Virus record (IMG/VR): IMGVR_UViG_3300044759_000129
Span: 1-57,716 of that record
From: a virus
Length of the DNA: 57,716 nucleotides
Direction: 5' to 3' (one strand)
Below the pieces are notes generated by a model, which made no database searches, was not told the origin of the DNA, and worked only from the letters and a program-made list of their open reading frames with translations. A program made the translations under genes and the position numbers. Below, in pieces: positions 51,355 to 57,716 of this stretch (position 1 is the first letter of the stretch; the number at the start of each line of letters is the position of its first letter).

Positions 51355-52791
51355 CTAGCGGGGGACGAAGCGCCAGGGCTGGGGGCGGGGCCTGGCGGAG
51401 CGGGCGGCGGCGGCGCCCATTAATAAATAGCGCATCGCGTCGCCGGAATCGTCGCGCCAGCCGTCCTGGTTACTCGCCTCCTTGATATCCATGAAGTCGT
51501 GGGGGTCGCGCTGGGCGGTTTCCAGGAAGGCGATGAGGTTGGTGCAGTTGGGGCTGATGGTGAGCTCCGGCGGGACGGCGGTGGTCATGCCGCGGAAGAG
51601 GGCTTTCTGGATACGGGACCAGCCCTCGTGGCGTTTGTTACTGGCCTTCTGGAGGAGGAGGCCGCCGGCGCGGTACTCGTCCTCGAAGGAGGGGCCGCTG
51701 ATGCCCTTCTTGCCGTTCTTCCAGATGGAGGGGTCGGCCCAGGTGGTGCGGCAGGAGGGGTAGCTTTCGGAGAGGGAGAGGATGATTTTGGCCTGCATCT
51801 GGGGGGGGATGCCGGGCTCGAAGAGCTCCTGGAAGATGTAGGTGTTGGGGTAGGGCTTGCTGGGGTCGGTAGCGGCCCAGAGACAGCAGGCCGGGGCGGC
51901 TTCGCCGTAGTCGAGGCCGCGCCAGACGCGCCAGTCGGGTGGCGGCTCGCGGTGTTCCGGGAGGACGTGGACGTCGCGGCGGAAGCCGGAGAAGAAGGAC
52001 CCGACGTTCAGGTCCCAGGACCCGGTGGCCATACTTTTTCTGAGCTCCGGGTCGGCGATCGAGAGCTGGGCCGCCTTGGTCTGGGCCCAGTTGACCGAGG
52101 GGTTGTCGGCGGTGGCGATGGGGATCCAGCCGATGCGGCGGGGTTCGTCCAGCTCCGGGAACTCCGGGTGCGTGATGCGGACCTCCCAGGTGTCGTCGCC
52201 GGTGCGGCCCGCGACGAAGAAGGTCTTGTGCTCCATGTGGCTGATGCCGATGGAGTTGGTGGTCAGCAGGACGATGGGCCAGCGCCTCGGATCGGAGGGG
52301 ATGACGCGGGACCAGAGGAAGGTGATCTGCGGCCAGAGGAACTCGGTCGACTCCTCGAAGATGACGACGTCCCAGAGATGGGAGCGGTAGCTCTCATGGG
52401 AGTCCTCCTCGACGCAGTGGTGGAACCGCGTCTGGGAGCCGTTTTTCCAGAAGAACGTCTTCTCGGTGTCGTTGTAGGTGCCGAGCTCGGGGGGCACCTC
52501 GCTGCGGAAGGGGATGATCTGCGTCTTGCGGATGTCGTCGGTGACGCGGCGGAAGATGGCCCCGATGGACCCCGGGAACATGAGCGCCACCCGGCTGGCC
52601 AGGATGCGGGCCAGGTGGCTCTTGCCCCCCTGGCTTTCTCCGGCATAGAGCAGGATGTTGACGGGGATACCATCGGGCGGCGGGTCGTCCGGCAGGAGGC
52701 CCAGGTAGCGCAGGGCCTGGTACTGCTTCGGGTGCGGCGCGTACGGCCACTTCGGCGTGACCAGGCCTGGTGGGGTGAGGAGCTCCGTCAT
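51355..52791 (-). CDS. terL: Terminase large subunit
   Basis: Walker A-like GESQGGKSH, Walker B VVIFEEST. C-terminal nuclease-type region. Position within the packaging module. Confidence 0.85.
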   Translation of the reverse strand: MTELLTPPGLVTPKWPYAPHPKQYQALRYLGLLPDDPPPDGIPVNILLYAGESQGGKSHLARILASRVALMFPGSIGAIFRRVTDDIRKTQIIPFRSEVPPELGTYNDTEKTFFWKNGSQTRFHHCVEEDSHESYRSHLWDVVIFEESTEFLWPQITFLWSRVIPSDPRRWPIVLLTTNSIGISHMEHKTFFVAGRTGDDTWEVRITHPEFPELDEPRRIGWIPIATADNPSVNWAQTKAAQLSIADPELRKSMATGSWDLNVGSFFSGFRRDVHVLPEHREPPPDWRVWRGLDYGEAAPACCLWAATDPSKPYPNTYIFQELFEPGIPPQMQAKIILSLSESYPSCRTTWADPSIWKNGKKGISGPSFEDEYRAGGLLLQKASNKRHEGWSRIQKALFRGMTTAVPPELTISPNCTNLIAFLETAQRDPHDFMDIKEASNQDGWRDDSGDAMRYLLMGAAAARSARPRPQPWRFVPR

Positions 52792-52800
52792 GGGTGGATT

Positions 52801-53043
52801 TTAGCCGCAGTACCGTGCGATGTCCGCCTCGATCGGCTGCCGCACCCGGACGTACTCCGGCTCCCGCTCGTCCCAGTAATCCGCGCGGAGCCGCTGCACC
52901 AGGTACGTCCGCTGCTGCAACGCCTCCTGACACACCGAGGTCGCCCGGGCCGCGCTGGCCGCCCGCTCCGTGATCAGGAGGATCCCCCCAACAATGACCA
53001 GCGCCAGCAGGGTGGCGGCCAGGATCGTCAGGATGCGCGTCAC
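52801..53043 (-). CDS. Small membrane-anchored protein (80 aa)
   Basis: ORF track. N-terminal TM segment ILTILAATLLALVIVGGILLI. Confidence 0.5.
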   Translation of the reverse strand: MTRILTILAATLLALVIVGGILLITERAASAARATSVCQEALQQRTYLVQRLRADYWDEREPEYVRVRQPIEADIARYCG

Positions 53044-53309
53044 GCTCCTCCCCCGTCCGTTCGCCGCAGCTCCTCATCCGGGGCCTCCGTCACATTCGGA
53101 ATCTCCTTGCGCCACCCGCCGAACTCCCGGTTCATCAGGTCCAGCTTCTCCCGGATCGCCTGCCGGATGAACCACGCCCGCGACCGCTCCAGTTCCTGCG
53201 CCCACGCGTCCAGGCTCTCGACCATCTCCTCCGTCAGCCACAGGTCCACATGCCTCGGGTACCGCACCCCCCGCCGCTCGTTCGTTTCCGCTTGCCGGTC
53301 ATTCCGCAT
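53040..53309 (-). CDS. Ribbon-helix-helix protein (89 aa)
   Basis: VDLWLTEEMVESLDAWAQELERSRAWFIRQAIREKL. Confidence 0.65.
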   Translation of the reverse strand: MRNDRQAETNERRGVRYPRHVDLWLTEEMVESLDAWAQELERSRAWFIRQAIREKLDLMNREFGGWRKEIPNVTEAPDEELRRTDGGGA

Positions 53310-53550
53310 CCTGCACCCCTCCCCGCTCCTCCGTTCGGTTGTCGCTGCGCGTCACGTACGCCAGCCGGTGGATCGCACAGAGCGCAACGCCCGGCCCCGC
53401 ATACGGCGCCGGCGGCGGAACCCCGGTCGTCGCCAACCGGTTGCAGCGCTGCTTCGGCATCCCCAACATCCCGGACAGGTGGTACCACTGGCACCGCAGC
53501 CCGCTCCGCATCCCCAACCCCTCGTTCTTTTCCATACTGGAATGATACAT
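53299..53550 (-). CDS. Possible excisionase/AlpA-like (HTH_17-type) DNA-binding protein
   Basis: The pattern WYHLSGMLGMPKQRCNRLATTGVPPP resembles MerR/Xis-type HTH. The start is uncertain. Confidence 0.3.
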   Translation of the reverse strand: MYHSSMEKNEGLGMRSGLRCQWYHLSGMLGMPKQRCNRLATTGVPPPAPYAGPGVALCAIHRLAYVTRSDNRTEERGGVQDAE

Positions 53551-53599
53551 GAAGCGTGCATGTGCCGTACTGGTGGTTTCTTTTTTCTGCTCTCGCCTG

Positions 53600-54001
53600 G
53601 GTGGGAGTGACTACAGGGTGACACCGGCCCTACGCCCCAGCAAGACATGGACGGCACCCGGTGGCCACCCCCCACCCCCACCGGTGGGACGGATACCGGT
53701 ACCGTGGGTGCGCCAGACGGCTACGCTCCCTCCCTGGTGGGAGAACCCGATACCCGTAGGTACCGTGCGTAGGTACGCAGTATGACGTCGGCTGTCCCTA
53801 TGTAGTGGTCACCGTGTTGGTCGGTTGGAGGTGATGGTAAAGATAATCCGCATTATAGGTAGCCCCATGTTGGCTGTCTGCCACGCGTGCCAACTGCCAG
53901 AGACGGAACGGGTGCGCATAACAGACGGCCCGCGTGTTATGCGGGTGTTATGCCGGCCAGGGGGAGGGAGGAGACTACAGGGTATAGAGGGGGAAAGCGG
54001 A
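53600..54001. promoter_or_regulatory. Non-coding repeat-rich region in the late-operon leader (candidate late promoter/operator and/or pac-cos region)
   Basis: GCATAACA/TGTTATGC at 53916..53953. GACTACAGGGT twice, CGTAGGTAC twice, palindrome CCCACCGGTGGG. Minus-strand TATAAT at 53857..53852. Confidence 0.5.
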
Positions 54002-54415
54002 CTACCGTACGGGAGAATCTGGGAGGATGGAGCCATCGTCGGGAACGTCGTCTACCGGTGAAGGGGTAGCGGAGCCATTGATGGCCAGACCGATAGCCTG
54101 TTGGCGGGCCTCTTTGGCTTGTTGGTGGGTCGCGTTCCACCAGGGGAGGAGGTCGCCGAGGATAAGGGACTGGTTGATAGTGGTGGAGTTATCGGTAAAG
54201 GACTCGGACTCTTTAGGTTTGGCGCCGAGGATCCAGGGGGTGAGCCAGTTAAGGGCGTCGAGGTCGCCGGCGAGGGCCTTGGAGACCTGTTGGGAGACGA
54301 TGGATTCCCAGTGGGGGTCGGCGAGGCGCCGGACGGTATGGCGTTGTTTTTCGAGGTAGAGGACGTCCCGATCGGAAGGGTGGCCAGCGCCGGGGCGTCT
54401 ACCGCCGGGAGGCAT
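54002..54415 (-). CDS. Small-terminase-like protein (137 aa)
   Basis: GGAGG SD plus ATG at 54415. MPPGGRRPGAG... and ALAGDLDALNWLTPWILG resemble TerS motifs. First gene of the late block. Confidence 0.45.
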   Translation of the reverse strand: MPPGGRRPGAGHPSDRDVLYLEKQRHTVRRLADPHWESIVSQQVSKALAGDLDALNWLTPWILGAKPKESESFTDNSTTINQSLILGDLLPWWNATHQQAKEARQQAIGLAINGSATPSPVDDVPDDGSILPDSPVR

Positions 54416-54745
54416 GAGGAACCTCCGCTGAATAAGACCAATCGTGATTGTACCTATCAAGGAAGGGTTTTGGGGAAAAGGTGGGGATAACTGGGGGAGA
54501 AGTCCTGCCGCCTGGCGGGAGGACAGAGTCCGGCCAAACGTCGTCTCGGCATGGGTGGTGTGTTCAGCTCCGCCATGCTGACGCGCTTCGTGAACACACC
54601 CAGCAACGGTGACCCAGCGGGACGTGGACGGGGTACGAGCATTTTACGGGAGACCCCCTACTGTCGGGAAGACCGGACCTGGCTAGGTTTACTCGCTACG
54701 CGTTGGTATACTACTGCGTAGAGCATCTGCTGCTAGGGAGGGGAC

Positions 54746-55054
54746 GTGCTGAGTGAGGCCATGTACTACATCCTGGTGTCTCTGGCCTATGGGCCCCAAC
54801 ACGGGTACGGGATACGGACGCATCTGTTGGGGTTAACGGAAGGCGTGGTGGATCTCCCCACCGGGACCCTGTATCCCGCCATCCGCAGTCTCGTCACGTC
54901 CGGGTACGTCGCGGGAGTTGTGGACGGGGAGCAGACCATCTACACGCTGACGGCGACCGGCGAGCAGCAGCTCGGGACGGAGACCACCGGGCGCATCCGG
55001 CAGGTTGCCGACGGCGAGCAAGCCATCGCGTTCCTGCTGGGGCGGCGGTCCTGA
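54746..55054 (+). CDS. PadR-family winged-helix regulator
   Basis: YYILVSLAYGPQHGYGI...GTLYPAIRSLVTSGYV. GTG start after GGGAGGGGA. Confidence 0.8.
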   Translation: MLSEAMYYILVSLAYGPQHGYGIRTHLLGLTEGVVDLPTGTLYPAIRSLVTSGYVAGVVDGEQTIYTLTATGEQQLGTETTGRIRQVADGEQAIAFLLGRRS

Positions 55055-55055
55055 C

Positions 55056-55526
55056 ATGCCGGGGTACGTCTATCAGATCACGAATAAACGGACGGGCGCC
55101 CGCTACATCGGCTGCACCATGCAGACCGTTGCCCAGCGGCAGCACGGCCATCTCCGCGACCTCATGAACGGCACCCACCATTGCCAGGCGTTCCAGAAGG
55201 CGTGGAACATCGGGCGCCGCGCGGACTTCACCATCAAGACCCTGAGCACCCACGGCGATGTCGGCGCCACCTACCAGGCGGAGCAACAGGCATACGACGA
55301 GGCCAAAGCTGCCGGCGCCAAGCTCTATAACTCGGTCCGCCCCCACGGGACCGCATCCCCCCTCCTGGCATGGCTTGCCGACCTCACCAGGGCCCGGCGC
55401 GCTGCCCGCCGGGGGCGGCCCCGCGTCATCGTCGTGGGCTCCACCGCCGCCGAGTGGATGTCCATCCAGCCCGGCTTCAAGCCCTCCGACATTCAGGAAG
55501 TGCACATCACCCACGTCGGCTACTAG
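55056..55526 (+). CDS. GIY-YIG nuclease-domain protein
   Basis: GYVYQITNKRTGARYIGCT...R..H...E...N. Its ATG lies 1 nt after the PadR stop. Confidence 0.75.
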   Translation: MPGYVYQITNKRTGARYIGCTMQTVAQRQHGHLRDLMNGTHHCQAFQKAWNIGRRADFTIKTLSTHGDVGATYQAEQQAYDEAKAAGAKLYNSVRPHGTASPLLAWLADLTRARRAARRGRPRVIVVGSTAAEWMSIQPGFKPSDIQEVHITHVGY

Positions 55527-55639
55527 CACCCGTTTGTGACCAGCGTTCCCGGGTCAACCACCGTTCACCCGGGGCCGGTGGCCAGAAGCCACCACCGGGC
55601 GTTGGGCGTGAGCAGGGCGCCAGCCCAAAGGATTCCCTC

Positions 55640-55945
55640 GTGACCCAGTATCGACCCCGCTCCCGCACCCTCGCCGCTACCGTCGCCCTCGCCGTCAGTA
55701 CCCTCATGGCAGCCAGCCAACCGGCCCCGGCGGCCGCCTACTGCTACGAGAGCACCGTGATGAGTCCACGCCCGTATCAGGGCAACCACGGCGAACGCTT
55801 CCGGCTCGACGACGGCTCCGTCTGGCAGGACACCTCCTACCGGTACGACTACCGCTACGAGTACTACCCGACCGTCACGGTGTGCCCCTCCGAGAGCACC
55901 ATTCGGCTCCGCGATACCGAGCACGACGTCTGGCGCCTGCGCTAG
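55640..55945 (+). CDS. Small secreted protein with signal peptide (101 aa)
   Basis: GTG start. RSRTLAATVALAVSTLMAASQPAPAAAY, then a Tyr/Cys-containing mature part. Confidence 0.5.
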   Translation: MTQYRPRSRTLAATVALAVSTLMAASQPAPAAAYCYESTVMSPRPYQGNHGERFRLDDGSVWQDTSYRYDYRYEYYPTVTVCPSESTIRLRDTEHDVWRLR

Positions 55946-55958
55946 CTACCCAATAGAC

Positions 55959-55991
55959 CGGCGCCCGGGTGGTTTCCGCACCCGGGCGCCG
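55959..55991 (+). terminator. Perfect 13-bp GC hairpin after the secreted-protein gene
   Basis: CGGCGCCCGGGTG, a 7-nt loop, CACCCGGGCGCCG. No U-tract follows. Confidence 0.45.
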
Positions 55992-56019
55992 ACGAGCCCC
56001 ATGAGAGGAGTACACACCC

Positions 56020-56238
56020 ATGGCACCCGCCCCCATTCTGCCACGCCACCGCCAGGCCTACGCCCAGGAGCACACCACCGGCCGCGTCAAACGCTTCCCC
56101 AATGCCTACGAACGCGACGAATTCTGCTTCGATACCCCGGGGTGGGCGAAGGTCTCCGGCCAGTGCGCCGGCGCCCAGCGCATCCGTCTCTACCAGCACC
56201 GCCAGCAGTCCCGTAATCGCGTTCCAGACGCGTCGTAG
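56020..56238 (+). CDS. Hypothetical protein (72 aa)
   Basis: ORF track; GAGAGGAG SD. Confidence 0.45.
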   Translation: MAPAPILPRHRQAYAQEHTTGRVKRFPNAYERDEFCFDTPGWAKVSGQCAGAQRIRLYQHRQQSRNRVPDAS

Positions 56239-56318
56239 CGCCCGCAGCGGCGTTTTCTGGCGGCGGACGACCAAACAGACCTACGGCCCTAATCCGTCAC
56301 ACAATGAGGAGGAAAATC

Positions 56319-56480
56319 ATGGCCAGTGAACCGCTCTACCTCCGCGTCCCTACCGAGACCAGGGCCTACCTCGTCGCCGAGGCCGACCGCCAGGGGCGCC
56401 CGCTCGCCAACCTCGCCGCCCACATCCTCACCCAGTGGGTCCAGCACCAACAGGACCAGGCGGGGAAGGCGAACACCTAG
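56319..56480 (+). CDS. Arc/CopG-like RHH protein (53 aa), possible excision or immunity regulator
   Basis: GAGGAGGAA SD. MASEPLYLRVPTETRAYLVAEADRQGRPLANLAAHILTQW. Confidence 0.55.
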   Translation: MASEPLYLRVPTETRAYLVAEADRQGRPLANLAAHILTQWVQHQQDQAGKANT

Positions 56481-56496
56481 GATGGCGGATGCACCA

Positions 56497-56538
56497 CAAA
56501 AAACCGCAGCCCCCGGACATCACGTCCGGGGACTGCGG
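56497..56538 (-). terminator. Rho-independent terminator downstream of the integrase gene
   Basis: On the minus strand: CCGCAGTCCCCGGAC, loop, GTCCGGGGGCTGCGG, followed by TTTTTTGTGG. Confidence 0.65.
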
Positions 56539-56599
56539 GAGACCCAACCGCACACGGCACCAGGCCAGGCGCCTCACGGTACCCCTATCCTACCACCCT

Positions 56600-57634
56600 T
56601 CACCTGACCAGGCGGGCGATCCCCAGCCGATCCACGACGGATGGGCCCTCGAGCGGTTCGCGCACCGCCGCCACTTTGGCATAGATGTGCGTCACACTCA
56701 GATTGGTGTGTCCCAGCAGCGCCTGCAAGTGAAAGAGCGCCCCCGGGTGATTCTCCAGATAGGTGGTCGCAAAACAATGACGAAGGAGGTGCGGTGTCAG
56801 CCGTACCCCTTGCTTGCCGAGACCACTCTCCAGCCCCCATACCGTGAAGAGATGCCGCATGCCATCCTCCGTCAGCGGCGTCCCCTGCCAGGTCAGGAAG
56901 AGCTCGCGGCTCAGCGTCTCCGGCCGCTGCCCGCTCCACCGCACCAGCAGCTTCGCCGTCACCGCGTCGAACTCCACATACCGCTCCTTGTTCCCCTTCC
57001 CTAATACCTTGGCCCGCTTCCCTTTCAGGTCCACATCCTGCAGCTGGAGGCGGCACAGCTCCGCGACCCGGACCCCCGTGGCCAGCATGAAATAGACGAT
57101 CGCCAGATTGCGGTCGCGCAGTGGGCGATGCTCGATTACCTGGAGGATCGCCTTGATCTGCTCGCCCGTCAGCACCGTCATCACCCGCTCCACCACCTTC
57201 GGCAGCTTCAGCCCCTGCAGCACGTTGGTGCTGAGCAGCCCCTGCTCGTGGCAGTAGCTGGAAAAGGCTTTGAGGGCTTTGGCATGGGCGTGCAGGGTTT
57301 TGGGACTGCGCATCACCGTCGAGCCCGTGCGGGGACTCACCGCCGGCGTCTCTTTGACCCACACCATGAACGTGCGCGCCTGCTCCAGGGTAAGACAGGT
57401 GATGGGGGCGCTGTCGGCGTCGGGGATGAGCTGTTGCTCGAGGAGATAGGCCAGGTAGCGGGTCGTCACCAGCTTGTACCACTTGCGGGTGGTCTCAGCG
57501 CGACTGCCAATCTCTAAATCGAGCTGGTGCTGCGCCTGGGCACTGCGGTAGGTGGGGACGGCGGGGGGCCGCTTAGCCGGCATGGCGGAGGTGGGGCGGG
57601 AACGGCGTCTGGGCAACCGACGAGACGAGACCAC
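56600..57634 (-). CDS. int: Tyrosine recombinase / phage integrase
   Basis: HLLRHCFATTYL and LLGHTNLSVTHIYAKV catalytic motifs. The start lies inside the terminal repeat. Confidence 0.9.
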   Translation of the reverse strand: MVSSRRLPRRRSRPTSAMPAKRPPAVPTYRSAQAQHQLDLEIGSRAETTRKWYKLVTTRYLAYLLEQQLIPDADSAPITCLTLEQARTFMVWVKETPAVSPRTGSTVMRSPKTLHAHAKALKAFSSYCHEQGLLSTNVLQGLKLPKVVERVMTVLTGEQIKAILQVIEHRPLRDRNLAIVYFMLATGVRVAELCRLQLQDVDLKGKRAKVLGKGNKERYVEFDAVTAKLLVRWSGQRPETLSRELFLTWQGTPLTEDGMRHLFTVWGLESGLGKQGVRLTPHLLRHCFATTYLENHPGALFHLQALLGHTNLSVTHIYAKVAAVREPLEGPSVVDRLGIARLVR

Positions 57635-57716
57635 AGGGGTCCTCCGGCATAAGGTGCCAGGCTCCGGCCATCATGACCGCACACCCTGGTACTTCCAGCC
57701 TACGCCGCCCAGACCT
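57590..57716. repeat. Terminal direct repeat, copy 2 (identical to 1..127)
   Basis: Identical to the window start. Confidence 0.9.

Noticed and set aside
53549-54061. Plus-strand ORFs 53549..53785 and 53825..54061, and minus-strand ORF 53809..54036, in the late leader
   Set aside because: They have no SD, atypical composition, and they overlap dense short repeats and palindromes. The region reads better as regulatory or packaging DNA.
56326-56607. The 93-aa plus-strand ORF in the track upstream of the integrase
   Set aside because: It encodes Pro/Arg/Ser-rich low-complexity sequence and runs through the integrase terminator. The overlapping 53-aa RHH ORF (56319..56480) has a strong SD and a recognisable fold motif.

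Overview
The window is a complete, circularly closed genome of about 57.6 kb. The first 127 nt are identical to the last 127 nt. It belongs to a GC-rich temperate dsDNA phage or prophage-like element from an unknown high-GC host that uses strong GGAGG-type Shine-Dalgarno (SD) sites. Layout: (1) Lysogeny switch: an XRE-type repressor (163..591, minus) faces an RHH gene plus an XRE Cro-like gene. A tyrosine integrase (56600..57634, minus) spans the assembly junction. (2) Plus-strand early operon (732..10942): many tiny Cys-rich, membrane or RHH ORFs, RecT, a RepA-like AAA_25 helicase, an RlpA-like DPBB protein and a VRR-NUC nuclease. (3) A roughly 43-kb minus-strand late block (54415 down to 10892): TerS-like protein, RHH, TerL, portal, four low-complexity internal proteins, a 2225-aa polyvalent virion protein (SLT plus C39-like peptidase), scaffold, T7-like major capsid protein, a glycosyltransferase-centred block, LamG/pectate-lyase/glycosidase receptor-binding proteins, and a lysis cassette with a frameshifted GH19 endolysin. 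(4) Three HNH endonucleases (two antisense to the late operon) and a PadR / GIY-YIG / secreted-protein accessory cassette next to the integrase. Items worth a second look: a ~560-bp G-skewed pentanucleotide (GGCNN)n tract upstream of recT; a GCATAACA motif shared by the helicase-proximal AT-rich palindrome and the late-operon leader; late genes that appear to start at SD-preceded ATC codons; a possible virion-glycosylation module; and paralogous LamG cassettes. No rRNA, convincing tRNA, CRISPR array or reverse transcriptase was seen. All domain calls come from motif recognition by eye, not from database searches.
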